A DNA stretch of 64,000 nt from Lama guanicoe (Eukaryota), in NCBI GenBank assembly GCA_013239625.1, contig MU053934.1:10187352-10251351 (forward strand), given 5' to 3'. The notes beneath the pieces were generated by a model, which was not told the DNA's origin, searched no databases, and worked only from the letters and a program-made list of their open reading frames with translations. The translations under genes and the position numbers were made by a program. The first letter of the stretch is position 1. Every line of letters begins with the position of its first letter. This document shows positions 12,905 to 25,100 of this stretch, piece by piece.

Positions 12905-14240
12905 GTGGTGAGACCCTCGGCTCTGTGTCCCAGGACTGCTGTACGCTCCTGAGACGTGTCCGGGATCAAAGAGCTCTTAGGTGGGCTAGTTCTACAAGTG
13001 TTTACCATTTAGAACTCAGATAACTTAAAGAATGTTTAGTTATTTGCTGTAAAATAATGATAAACCCATTGCATACTATTACAAGTAACATATTTTTATG
13101 ATAAATGGATATTGTCCAAAACAAAAATGTTTAGTAGGAAGAAAGGCATGATTTTCCTTTTTTGCAAAACCCTTAATGTCTCCCCTGAGAGGAGACAGGA
13201 GTTCTCATAAGCGCTTCTACATTCAACCTGCTGTAGTGCTGTGTGTCTGGTTGGAGTATGTGAAGCAGACCCAGCCTCACGCAGGCGTGCAGTCGGAAAA
13301 GGAGGCGTGTTTTTGCAGCCCTTTCAGATGCTTTAATACCGGGCCACAGCCTAATAGGAGTTTCTTGAAGGTTAGTTACAGTGTGAACCTAAAGCCGTGT
13401 CGGTGAGCATTTTGTGCTCGGTCACAGTAAAATCCATTGGCCTGTCTTGCACTTTGAATGGATCTTTTGCAAACACGTGGCTCTGTAACATCAGACACGG
13501 GTCATTTGGAAAATATTGGACGACCGAGGTGTGCAGATCTAAGCACTGACACGCTCCGTAATACAGTGTCCAAAAAATCACACTTGTTAGTACTACCACC
13601 ATCTCATAAGGAGCTGTCAAGCCCAGAGTGGCAGATTGAAGTTCTCCAAAATTCAGAATTTTGGCTTAAAGTCTCAAATGTGATTGTTGGCAGCATGTAA
13701 CACTTGTTGAAGTGACGGTTGAACTTTGTTCAAGTTTGAATAACCAGTTTGTTAGTCATTCTTTCAGGTACAAATCATGTTTCTTGAAGTGTGTCCGGTT
13801 CCACTCTCAGCTCAAAAAATTGCACCAACTGCTTTTCTGGAAGAAATCAGCCATTTTGGGTACAGGTCTCTGGATTTGTGTGTGTTTTTCTCATTTTCCC
13901 ATGTGACATAGAAAAGATATTTATCAAGAGTGGAGATTTAATGCAGTGCTAATCATAAGACTAGGAACTTTTCCTTCGTCACCCGGGACATCCTTAAGTG
14001 AAACAGCTTTTTTTTGAACCGTGAGTGTGCAGCACTGCGTACAGTGGTGGCGCTGCCTCGGTCCATGCCACCTGCTGGCGGTTTAGTCTCTCCACTTAAC
14101 GCAGCATCACAGCAAAGGCTGACCCAGCGACAAAGGGAGATGATATCTCAGCGCCCTTGTGAACGTGGTTTTGACCGCACAGGCCACTTGGAAGTGTCCC
14201 AGGGAGCCCAGCGGGGGGCCGAGCGCCCTGGGAGCCACTG
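12905..14240. mobile_element. hAT DNA transposon Charlie1a-like, near full length (~1.3 kb, non-autonomous)
   Basis: Collinear with the recalled Charlie1 consensus: 'aaatccattggcctgtcttgcactttgaatggatctttt', 'ggtcatttggaaaatattgg', 'gctgtcaagc...gtggcagat', 'ccttaagtgaaac', 'gttttgacc'. ORF 13372..13620(-) (AKDPFKVQDRPMDFTVTE) is a transposase remnant. Confidence 0.85.
14066..14078 (-). promoter_or_regulatory. CTCF core motif match CCAGCAGGTGGCA
   Basis: Exact match to CCASYAGRKGGCR on the minus strand; binding not demonstrated. Confidence 0.4.
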
Positions 14241-14807
14241 GCCCGCAGGAGGGATGCTCTCACGGAAAGGTGTCCGGAGGGGCTCACGGCAGAAGCAGCA
14301 CAAGGCAGAGAGAGCGCCTCACGTGGACGCCTGCCAGCCCCGGCCTGGGGAGCCGCAGCAGGACTCGGGATCCTGGAACAGTTAGTCTTTCTGCCGTTCC
14401 TGCTCCTCGCTTCCCGGGCGTCCTGAGTTGACAGCATGTCCAGGGGCTGAGCGAGGGGTGAGGAGGGGACCCCGTGTGGCCTTTCCTGTCTAGCTGGCAG
14501 AGTAGAAACCACACTTCGGTTTCATGACAAGGCCGGTTCTTGCTATGCTGTGAGATTTGATTTTTAAAAACAATTCGTTGGGCCATCATTTCTTCCAGTG
14601 GTTTCTCAGATTGTCTTTCTAATGCTTCCTCTGGGGACGATTTTTGGTTCGGTCATAGAAGGCCACCTGAGCCAGCCCCAGCTAGTGGACTGTGTCTTTA
14701 CAAAGGACCTCTTAGGGCAGGACGTGGGCGGTGGGGCCCAGGAAGAGGAGTGTTCCCATGTGCTTCCGGCGGGAGGGCCCGAATGGTGGCCCTGCCTGCC
14801 CTCCCTG

Positions 14808-15314
14808 TGTTACAGACTCGTTCTGCTCGCCGCATGACAGGCCAGCAAATCGGGAGCTGAGGTGTTGGGGCCAGGAATAACAAGTTTATTCAGAAAGTTG
14901 GCAGACTTAGATGGGGGACTAATGCCCTGGAGAACCATCTTCCCCAAGTCAGAATTCAGTCTCCTTTTATACTAGAAAGGGGAGGAGTGTGGCTGGCTGT
15001 TGCAGACATCTTGGTGTCGGAATCCTTTGTTCTTGCAGCCGTCCACGTGGGTCAGGTCAGGATGTCCCTGTAAACCTCCAACAAGACGAATGTTATTCCC
15101 TGTCCTGCACCTTTTGCTTTTTATATGAATGGAAAGCGCTACACCCTTAAAGGTCAGAGCCCTGGGAACCGGCCCTCCCGTGGGTCTCAGGCTCCAGGGG
15201 GCATTCTCTCACAGGAGGAGCAGAACCAGCCTGACTGGGCCCGGGACCCAGAGCCCAGGGCAGAGCCAAAGGGGCAGGTCCAGCGTGGGGTCAGGCTTGT
15301 TCTCCCCTGTGACG
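14808..15314 (-). mobile_element. ERV1 solo LTR, MER41-like cetartiodactyl family
   Basis: Begins TGTTAC and ends ...TGTGACG (terminal A changed to G). Minus-strand AATAAA near 14885 and TATAAAA near 14965. Flanks CCTG/CCGG look like a 4-bp TSD with one mismatch. The internal 'cctgtaaacctccaacaagac...ttaaaggtcagagcc' matches recalled MER41-type artiodactyl LTRs. Confidence 0.8.
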
Positions 15315-16809
15315 CCGGGGCAGGGCCGCGTCCGGTGCCGAGCGCCAGGCCAGGCGGGTGGGCCCTTCCTGGGCTTCTCGGGGGTCATTCCTGGGGTTTT
15401 GCCAGTCTCCTCGCTTCGCTGACAGCATGACACCCAGGTTGTCGGGGACTCTCGTCTGAATTACGGCCCCTCCCTGCCTGCCCTAAAGCCACACCATTAC
15501 TCTTAGATTCATTACTTAGCAGGACAGCCTCTTCCAGCAGAAGGGAACGGTCGCCTTTTATAATTAGTCATTTACATTTCCTTTCCTTGGGGAAGAATTA
15601 CTCAATTCTAAGAACTGGCTGGTGGTGTGGAAGTGATGGGAACGTTGGGGAAAGTGACTATATTGTCTTGGAATTCATCAGAGAAAGAGCCAGCACTGTG
15701 GCGGTGTAGTGACTCCGGCAGAGAAAGGCCGGGAACGACCAGACCTGTGCCTGGGGACCGGAGGGGCCGGAGGGGCTGGAGGTGGCTGAGGAGGGGCCGT
15801 CCCTCAAATACGGCTGCTGTGACTGAGCCAGCGGCGATGGTGCAGTGAAAGGAAAGGGACACGCGTCACAGGACGCCCGAGCCCGCACGGAGCCCTCGGA
15901 ACAGCTGACGCTCAGGGGCGGCCCAGGAGCCTCGGAAGGGGCTTATTCGGCCAGAGTCTGGGGCCCTGTTACCTCCCCCTGGGATCCAAGAAGAGACAAC
16001 AGAGGGGTCTGTTGCTCAGGTCGGGACAGAGAGGATGCTCACCTGGCCCAGCCTGGCTTCTGCCGTTCACATCAGGAGCCTCTGCCTGGAAGGGCAGTGG
16101 AGGATGGAGAGCGGGCCTTGTGCCCGGCTCCAGGGTGGAGCGTGGATGGACAGAGCATCGGGTCCGTGTGACTTTCTCCTGCTTCGAACCCAGGAGAGTC
16201 ATGCTCAGTGTGGAAGCATCTCTGGAGATGTGTGTGGTGTCAGTTTTAGTCAATAAGATGGAGGATTCTTGGCACCATGTTAGAAAAGTTTATTAAATAG
16301 ACCAGCACGTGTGGGTTCCTTGGCCACAGCAGAAGATTCATTAACAATGAGTTATTGCGTGCCAATTTAAAAATGAAAATTAAAAAAAATTCAGTTTACA
16401 ATAAGCATTGAAAATAGTGAAACCCCCATTGTTGCCTGAAAGAGCAGGTCATTCCTTTTAATTACCACACAGTGCTCCGTCGTGTGGGTCTGTCCCAGGT
16501 CGGGTAGACGTCCGCCACTGGCGGAAGCCAGGCCCCGGCTCGGCTGTGTGACTCAGGTTACCGTGAACGTCCGCGCACACGTCCTCGTGCTGACGCGGGT
16601 CCCAGTTCCCTGTGCAGCTCCCGGGGGTGGACCTGCCGGGTCATGTCATGGAGGGTATTTAGTTTTCATGAAGCACATCCAGATCTTTTCCCCAGATTGG
16701 GCCCACGATTTCACAAACCCCTCAGCAGTGTGCGTGAGGTCCGGCCGCCCCACGTCCTCACCAGCGTTGCCTTCCCTGCCTTTCTTTATGCAGGATAGTC
16801 CTGTGCACG

Positions 16810-16900
16810 CATGTGTGTGCTTGTATGTGCGTGTGTGAGTGTTCAAGTGTGTGTGTGCGTGCCTGTGTGTGTGTGTGTGTACGTGTGTAGAGAGAGGGAG
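16810..16900. repeat. Imperfect (TG)n microsatellite followed by (AG)n
   Basis: Directly visible. Confidence 0.9.
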
Positions 16901-17851
16901 GAAGAATATGGTAATATTTTTTCCCGTTTATGGCTTGTCAGTTCAGTTTTTAACAGTGTTTTCTGATGAGCAGACAATTTTGATTTCGATGAAATCTCAC
17001 TGATTTTTTCTGGCAGTGGTTTTCTGTGTCCTCACTAAAAAGCCTTCGCCTACCCCCAGCAGGCAGGGTGGTCTCCTGTGTTTTTCTTGTAGATGCTTTG
17101 TAATAGTAGTTTTTACTTTCAGATCTGTCTTCTAGCTTGACTTAATTTTCCTGCGTAGTGTGAGGAAAGGCATCCTGGTTCATCTTTTAAATTGAGATTT
17201 CCTGGTTAACACAGCACCACTTGCTGAAAAGAGTCTTGTTTTGTTTCCGCAATAGATTGCATTGGCACCTTTTCTGAAAATCAGATGCTCGTGTAAACGT
17301 GTGTCTATTTCTGGACACTCTGTTATGTTCCATTAATCTGTTAATGGATTGCTACGCCAGCATGTACTGTCTTAATTACTGTAGCTTTTCTTGGGGTTGG
17401 GTAAAGTCAGTCCTCCAGGTATGTTCTTTTTTTAAAAAATTTTTTTCTAGAGTACTTTTGGTCCTTTGCTTTTTTATGTAAAGTTATCGCTAACCATTTC
17501 CTGCCAAACAGGCCTTAGAAAAAGCCTCAGGAGCTGGTATTTTGAATGGAATTGTACTGAATCTAATTGTCAGTTTTCCCAGGATTAACAGTATTAATAA
17601 CATTGACTTTTTTCTAATCCATAAGCATCGTATATTTTAAAATTTATTTAAATTTTCTTTACCTTATTCTCATAAACATTTTGTACTTTTCAGCATATGG
17701 GTTTTACTCATCTTTTGTTAGATTTGTTTCTAGCTAGTTTGGTGCGGGTTTTTTTTTTTTTTTGATGCTACCTTAAATGGTATCGCTTTGTTTGTAAATT
17801 TTGCTTTTCGATTTTTACCGATGATTTCTACAAATATAGTTGATTTTTGTA

Positions 17852-18450
17852 AGCTGGCAGTTTTCCTGTTGTTGCATAACAAAACTACTCCAAAATTTCC
17901 TGACTTAAAGCCACTGTTTTATTCTCGCAGATTCTGTGGGTCAGGATGTCAGTCAGGGCATGCCATGAGTGGCTGGCTGTGCACCACAGGGCCTGGCGCC
18001 TCGGGTCGGGAGGCTTGAGGGCTGGCACAGGCTAATAGCTGGGGGCTGGAATCATCTGATGGCTCCCTCTTTTAAGTGTCTGGTGCCTGGGCTTGATGGC
18101 CCTAAGACTGAGGCTGTAGATTGAGCTGCCCACACATGGCCTCTCCACATGGCTCTTCATCCTCATGGCATGGTGGCCTTAGAAAGTCAGACTTCTGGTG
18201 TAATGGTTCATGGCTCCCAGTCAGACTTCCAGAAAGCAAGGTATAAGTTGCGTTTTTCATGACTGAGACTCAGAAGTCGCATAAGGTTCCACTCTACTCT
18301 TGTGGTTGAAGCAGTCACAAGCCGGCCCAGATTCAAAGAGGAAAGTTAGGCTCCATCTGTTGATGCAGACGTGGCCTATTCACATCATAAAAGAACACAT
18401 GGGATAAGAGATACAGTTATAGCCACTTTTGGAAAATGCAGTGTGCCACA
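17852..18450 (-). mobile_element. MaLR LTR (MLT1 F/G group) nested in L1
   Basis: 'ttgcataacaaaactactccaaaa...gattctgtgggtcagga', 'ggggctggaatcatctga', 'catggcctctccacatggct', 'cccagattcaaag', ending 'tttggaaaatgcagtgtgccaca'. L1 sequence resumes directly afterwards. Confidence 0.85.
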
Positions 18451-19192
18451 CACCTTGTTTCCAGTGATGTTGCTAAATTTCCTTGTTAGTTCTAGGAGCT
18501 TTTGGGTAGATGCCTTAGGATCTTCTATATGCACAATCATGTCACCTGCAAATAAACACTTACTTCTGCCTGTATAATGTGTGTGGCTTTTATTTCCTTT
18601 TCTTGCCTTATTGCATTGTCAAGAAACTCAAGTACAATTTTGAATGGAAGTGATAAGAGCAGACATTTTTACCTCCTTCCAGTTGTTGGTGGGGAAGGTA
18701 GAACATTCAGGCTCTCACCATTAAGTTTGATGTTAGCGGTTGGCTTCTTGTAGGTGCCCTTTCTTAGGAAGGTTGTTGATGGTCCAGATTCCACAAGGAG
18801 TTTATATTTTTAATAATCATTCTGGTTTATTTTGATCGATCTTTATCTTTTTATATTTGAAGAATACCAGTATATAATGGATGAAGAGGTTAAGGATAGA
18901 ATTTGTAAGACCTGGTAGAAGAGCAGGAAGACAAATCATAGTTTGCTGAGACTTCTAAAAAATTATGAATCAGTATTTTGTTGAGTGCTTTTTTTTCTGT
19001 TGAGATAGGTGGTCGTATGACTTTTCTTACTCTGTTTTTCTAGCAAAGGACATTGATTAATTTTAATGTTAAGCCAACTTGCATTCCTGAGGTAAACTCT
19101 ACTTTGTCGTGAGACATTAGCCTTTTTATGTATTTCTGGGTTCTCTTTGGTAATATATTTTAAGATTTTTACATCTCTGTTCACGAGGAATA

Positions 19193-19403
19193 CAAGTGAC
19201 TTGTGAACAACGTATGTTTGAACTGTGCAGGTCCACTTCTACACACTTTTTTTTCCAATAAATATGTACAGTACCGCATGATCCAGGGTTGGTGGAATCC
19301 GCAGATGCAGAGCTGCAGATACAGAGGGACTTGAGCATCCATGGATTTTGGTACCCATAGGGGCTCCTGGAAGCAGTCCCCTGTGTTTCCTAAGGGGTGA
19401 CAG
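19193..19403. mobile_element. TcMar-Tigger MITE (Tigger2/MER2-like) nested in L1
   Basis: TA followed by 'caagtgacttgtgaacaacgtatgtttgaactgtgcaggtccactt'; 'gttggtggaatccgcagatgcaga'; 'gacttgagcatccatggattttggta...gggtgacag' followed by TG (decayed TA TSD). Confidence 0.8.
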
Positions 19404-20470
19404 TGCTGTCTTCCATTTTCTTTTCTTCTGCTGTCTTTTTCTGTTTTGGCATTAGGGAAGTGAGGATTTCATAAAATGCTGTCATGATTTCTGGAAGAGT
19501 TTGTGCAAGATTGGTATTAATTATTTCTTCTTTAAATATTTGATAGAATTCAACAGTGAGGCCATCTTGGCCTAGAACTTCCTTTGTGGGAAAGTTTTAC
19601 CTATAAATTCATTCTCTGCTCTGGGTGGGGCTCCAGATTTTCTATTTCTTCTTTGTTAGTTTTGATAATTCGTATATTTTAAAGACCTTGGTCATTTTAA
19701 ACGGTTGTCCAATTTATTGACATGCCTTTATTTACAGTATTCCCTAATTCTTTTAATGTCTGTAGGAACTAAAGTGATGTCTTTGATTCCTAATATTGGT
19801 GATCAAACTAACTGATAGGCGACCTGCCACGTGGTCTCTCTTGGTGAATGTTTCATGCGTTCTTAAAAAGAACATGTGTCCTGCTTTGTTGGGTGAAGTT
19901 TCTGTCAGTGTCAGGTCAGGCATGTGGGTGGGTGGTGTGACTCCTGCCTTCTCTGCCCTCACGTGAGTGTCCGTCTGCTTTTTCGATCCATTACTCGGTA
20001 CGGACTTGTGCAGTGTCTAACCACAGTGGTCGATTTGTCTCGTCTTTGTTGTGCTAGGTTTGCTTCATGCTATTTGAATCTTGGTTATTGGAGACACACA
20101 CGTGTAGGATGGTTACATTTTCCTGGTGAGTCTGTAAGTTTGCTGTCGTGAGAGGCTCCTCTCTTCCTGGTTGTGTCCCTGTCCTGGATCCCAGTTCACT
20201 GGATCGCGGCACAGCCCTCCCAGCTTCCTTCTGACGGGCGTTTCCTTGGTGCATCTTTTCCAGCCCCTTCTTTCCGTCTGTCTGTATCTCCCTAGGGTGC
20301 GTTTCTTGTCGATTGCTTCAGGTTGCAGTTTGCTCTCCTGTCTTTTCCACGTGTGTTTAGTTATATGCATGCACATAGTTACTTATGTGGCTGGGTTTTA
20401 GGCTCCCATTTTGCTGTTTATTTTCTATTCATTTCACCTCATTTCCTCCCTTCTTATGGATGCATGGAGT

Positions 20471-20925
20471 GCTTTTAAAATTAATGGACTGTTTTTTAGA
20501 GCAGTTTTAAATTTACCAAAATATCGAGCAGAAAGGACAGAGAGTTTAGTATACTCCGTCACCACCTCCTCTCACGCACGCAGTCTCTCCTCCTCACATC
20601 TGGCGCGCGTGTCTTGCACCTGTTACTCTGATGAGCCGGTACTGCCGTGTCATTATCAACTAGAGTCCACAGTGGACATTCGGGTCCCTCCCCGGGCTGT
20701 GTGCTCTGTGGTTTAGAGAAACACATGGTGACAGGTGCCCAGACGACAGAGGAGCGCCCTGTCATTTTACTGCCTGAAGAGTCCCGGCCTCCACCTGTTC
20801 ACCCTCCGCCTCCCTGACCCCGACAGCCGCCGGCCTTCTGACTATTCCCGTGCCTCTCCCAGAACGCTGCTTCCTTGCGGCCACGCAGCGCATCGTCTTT
20901 TCAGACTGGCTCCTTTCACTCAGGG
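20471..20925 (-). mobile_element. L1MC1/2-type 3'UTR
   Basis: 'ttttttagagcagtttta..tttac..aaaa..tcgagcagaaag.acagagagtt', 'cattatcaactagagtccacagt', 'ctccacctgttcaccctcc', 'cttttcagactggct'. Confidence 0.8.
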
Positions 20926-21269
20926 AGTCCTTTTACTTACTGTTATTCCTATGTGTCTTCGCTCTGGCCTGTTGGCCATCCCTCCTGTCCCAGCCTCTTT
21001 TCAGTTAGTGGTGACTCTGCTCCTCCCAGCGCGAGCCTGCGGTTTACTAGAGGCCCCTTCCAGCGCTGTCACACCCCTCGTGCTGTTGGCCGGCACGTGT
21101 CTGAGAACGGGCGTTCAGCACTTCCCCCTTTCCGAGTGGCTGGCGGGAGGCGCTGGCTGCCCTGCTGGGGCGGCGGGAGCCTTGGGTCTTCACCGCCGTC
21201 CCGGGACCGAGATCGCCGCAGAAGCTGTGGGCCGGGCGGGCCGGGGCGGGGGCTCACCCTGTGTGGGCG

Positions 21270-21400
21270 CCGTCCAGGCACTCGCTTCACACCCCCGGCG
21301 CCTCATGAAGGAGCCGCTCCTCTCTCCATTTCACAGACAAGGAGGCAAGTCAGAGGAACGAGGCCAGCAGGCGGCAGAGGAGTTGGCTTGACACCCTCTT
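21270..21400 (-). mobile_element. MIR fragment
   Basis: 'ccaggcac...ccatttcacagacaagga...cagagg...ggcagag' follows the MIR core order. Confidence 0.5.
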
Positions 21401-21689
21401 ACAAGGCTCTCCCACCTGCGAGGCGGGCTCGGAGCTCTGCCGTGTCCTTGTCCTTCTCCCCTCATCCACAGACCTCATTTGGACATGGAGGGCTCCTCGG
21501 CTCGGAGGGCCAGCTGATGTGACGGATGACATCAAGACCCAGAATGAGCTCCGCTGCCTGCGTGCCAGCCGGGAGCCCGTCGCACGAGCCAGCCCGCAGG
21601 AGTAACTGAGAATCCCTCGTTCAGGTGCAGGCCCAGCAGCCTGGGCGTTGAGCGCGGCCTGGCCAGGCTGCGCTGACTGCCTCTCTGAC

Positions 21690-22140
21690 GGAACGCCGCC
21701 ATCGTTCCTTTGCCCGGCCTCTGGCTTTGGTCTCGTAGCTGACACCTTGCATCCTCTCTGGTCCCTTCTGTGACGCTGCCCTCACAGCCAGAGTCGTCTT
21801 TTCCAAATGCAGATCTCATAACCGTGGTGGCTCCCCCTTTTGCTGCCATTGGCTTCATCTCGTAGCTTTGCTGGGGTCTTAACTTTGTGCCCCACGTGGC
21901 CGTCCAGCCTTGAAATGGCCTTCTCCTGTCAAGCCCAGCTTCCTCGTCACCCCTCTGTCTGCAGCAGCCTTCACTCCATCCCTGGAGCGCGCCCAGACTC
22001 CCCTCTTTCTGCTTCTCGGCCTGGGCCTTGGAGCGGTCCTCGGGTCAGGCCCCGTCACGTGCTGTGATGCGAGGGCTCCCCTGGGCAGAGGGGCCTCACA
22101 TGCGTTTGCCTGACCTGTGTGATGGACATTTGCTTAGTGA
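21690..22140 (+). mobile_element. L2 3' fragment
   Basis: 'cacagccagagtcgtcttttccaaatgcagatctcat' and the downstream 'gagggctcccctgggcagaggg' resemble L2 3' region. Confidence 0.5.
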
Positions 22141-25100
22141 CCGGACTGTCATCTCTGGACAGAAGGCCCGGGTTTGTTTTCCTGCCCATCAGTCTTGGGG
22201 ACCAGGACCACCCCCGGTTCCAGGACTCAGCACGTAGCTGTCCTCGTGGCCATGGTTCATTCCAGTGCAAGACATGCAGCAGAGCCAGCCCCTGGGAAAG
22301 GCCCGGAGGAAGCCAGGCGCGGGCTTCCCGGATTCCTGTCCCGGTGGAGTCGCGTGGGAGACCCTCAGCTCCCCCAGCGGCCAGCGTCGCTGTCTGTCAG
22401 GAGCGCACTGAGCCTCCGTGTCTGGGGTCTTTCCTGAGTGCTGTTCCCATGGCACCTTCGCCCGGCCCATAGCAGAACCCCAGGCTCCCAGCTGAAAGCA
22501 GGGGCTCAGCATAACCCGCAGTGCTCCGCTGAGGCCAGCGAGACATTCTTGCCAGTTAGAGGTGGGAACCCCCCAAAATCCTGCCGGCTGAGGGAGGGCC
22601 GCCCTTGCAGACGGGCCTGTCTCAGGACGGTGGTCTCGGGCCTGCCTTTCTGCGCCGTCTCTGCCCGGACTCGGGGTCTGGGCTGCACGTAGGAGGCACC
22701 AGTCTGTGCTCCCGGAGCAGACGGCAGATCTCACTGACCGGGGCGGTCCCGCCTCCATGGATCGATGTGTTAGTTGCACTAATTGGATTATCGGGGTGCC
22801 TGGAGTGAGGCCTTAGATTGCTGATCAGTTCCAGACACAGGCCCGGAGGGCAAGGAAGGCACGTGTGGTTTCAGCACAGGAAGCACACTTCCCCGAGTGA
22901 GACTGGCCGGGAAGGGCACCTCTGGCCCGGGGGTGGGGCCCTCGTCGGAGGTGTGAGGGGTTCTCAGCTCTCCTGGGCTGGGCGTCTCCGTGGCGGGAGC
23001 TGTGGGCCCTGCCGGCTGAGCCGGCATGAGTGCCCTCCTGGCTCTTCCCTGAAATGCTCCTTCAGAAGGTTTTACTCTGCTTTCCTCCTGAGGAGCACAG
23101 AGCGTGCTGCACCGTGGCTGGAGCGTGAGGCTGGAGCAGCGGCGGGGAGAGGCAGGTCCAGCGTGTGTGCTTTGATTTTTTTTTTCCTGCCAACACAGAC
23201 TCTGCCTTCTGTGAAACACTTCCCGAAAGGCCTTTGTCTGCCTCAGACCGTCCCTGCTTCCCTCTGGCCCACAGATTTGGTAGATTCTGTTGTCTTTTTT
23301 TTAAGACACAAGCTCAAATCTCAGTTTGAAAGGATATGGATGTTCACTTTTCATTGAGTATTGTTAATATTATTATGATTCATATTTCTATAAATACGCA
23401 GCATTTCCTTTTAGTCCCTGCGTTGCCTGCCCACTGTGTATTAACTCGGGAGACGTTTTCTGCGCGTGTTTGGCCGGAATGCCGAGGTGGTGTCCCCGCC
23501 GTAAGTGGGCAGAACCCGCCGTCCGATGGGGGTGCTGGTGGAGCCTTCCTGGGCAGCTGGCATGCAGGAGGCCTGAGTACCCACGGCCTCTCCAGAGAGG
23601 CTGTCGCTGGGGCCACAGGACATTCTTTTCCCTTCACACCTTCCCACTCTGCCTCTGGCTCTGGGATGTCTGGGGTGTGCTGGTCAGAGGCTTCCTGGCC
23701 GCCGAGCAGGGCGTCCTCAGCCTGGACTCCTCAGCTGACCACGCTGGGCCCAGTCTGAAGGCTGGTCATCCCCGCCCCCTGCCTAAATCCAGATACTGAC
23801 GCCATACCTGTCAGTCTTTTCAAGTCCTTTCAAAATACAGATTTTTTTTTGAGGCTTTCAGGTGTCATTCTTTTCTTATCACTTGGATTTTCAAGAAAAC
23901 TCACCTTCTCTACCTGGGTTTTGAACAAATTGAGAAATAAAACAAAATAGTGGCAGATGGAGACCAAAAAATAACTTTTATTTCTTCTAAATGAGAAGCT
24001 TGAAATCCTGTCTTAGTGTGAGAGCCAGATAAACTGGCCGACTGCATCCTGGGATCATTCAGGCTGACCCGCCCTGTCGGAGCCAGCGCTGGGCACGGGC
24101 CGGCCACCTCACGGGCAGCAGAGCTGTGCCGGGAATCCATCCTCTCTTCCTGGGGGTGCAGTCTTCCCCGGGCAGGGAGAGCATCCTTCCTGGGGAGTCA
24201 GCCGATTCTGAGAGGTGGGAGGAGGGTGAACCTCCTGGCTGTTTATTCTCTCCAGCTTAGCAGCTGATGAGTTGCTTTCTCGGGGTGAGTATTTCTGGGG
24301 CTGGAGAAAGTGCAGCAGAGGCATCAGCCCAGTTCCCTCCACTTGGAAGCAGACTCCGGATTTGGGGGGTGTCACCTCCAACACCTTCGGCTGGCTGGCT
24401 GCGTATCCATTGTGTCCCTGCTCAGTCAGGCGCCTTGCCTCCCCTTGGAGGGCACCGTCCATCGGGACAGGCCGGCCCCCAGTGAAACGCCCTGCTCCTT
24501 GGAGTATTCTCCTGGGCCTGTGGGGGAGGGGTCAGAGATGGTCATGATGGTTGTGAAGTTTGTGAGAATCAAACAGTAATTAAATAACCTGCAGGCCTGT
24601 ACCCCAGGCTGCAGGACCACTCCCTCGCTGATTTCTCATCTTTGACTGGGTCCAGCTCTGCTGCTCACCCTGGCTCGTCAGAAGCTCTGCTGTTAGGTGC
24701 ACTGACAGGGAGCAAGCTTCCAGCTTCACAGCGTGCCCCAAATTCAAGTATGAATCTCCTGTTGCCCAGTTTCCCCAGAGACGTTAAGTCTTAAAGACTA
24801 ACCCTTGCAAGTTCAGGTCCAAAACTGAAATTTGTTTTGCCCATTCAAGTTTGAGCTCACAATTTGTCCTTGAGCTGTTGTTCTGTCTTACCTAGAGGGG
24901 CATCCAGGGTCTCCCTGGGTCGTGCCCAGGGCTTTCAGGCCCAGAGAAGTCCTTTTTCTCAAGTGCCAATCCATGACAGTCCTCCTTTGTCAAGAGCTCA
25001 AAGTTCCACGAAACCACATGCTTCTCACCCGGTCTAGAGAACACGTGCGGCCAGGCCCTGGGGGAGCACCCGCTGAGTGAAGGTGGCTGCGCGGAGCTGT

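Larger units (their letters stand above)
16440..20400 (-). mobile_element. Old L1M element spanning ORF2 (endonuclease to C-terminus), interrupted by nested insertions
   Basis: Collinear antisense L1 strings throughout (e.g. 'ttgcattggcaccttt', 'tttctggacactctgttatgttccatt', 'atcatgtcacctgcaaata', 'ccaacttgcattcctgaggtaaactctactttgtcgtg', 'ttggtgaatgtttcatgcgttcttaaaaagaacatgtgtcctgct'). ORFs 18963..19184(-) and 20113..20376(-) resemble RT and endonuclease segments. Confidence 0.88.

Noticed and set aside
13372-13620. Transposase-like ORF as a domesticated gene
   Set aside because: Short, interrupted remnant within an ordinary decayed Charlie1 copy.
13755-13775. AG|GT juxtapositions (also near 35135 and 36718) as recursive splice sites
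   Set aside because: The reconstituted donors (GTACAA, GTACAT, GTCTGG) are weak and the introns are modest in length.
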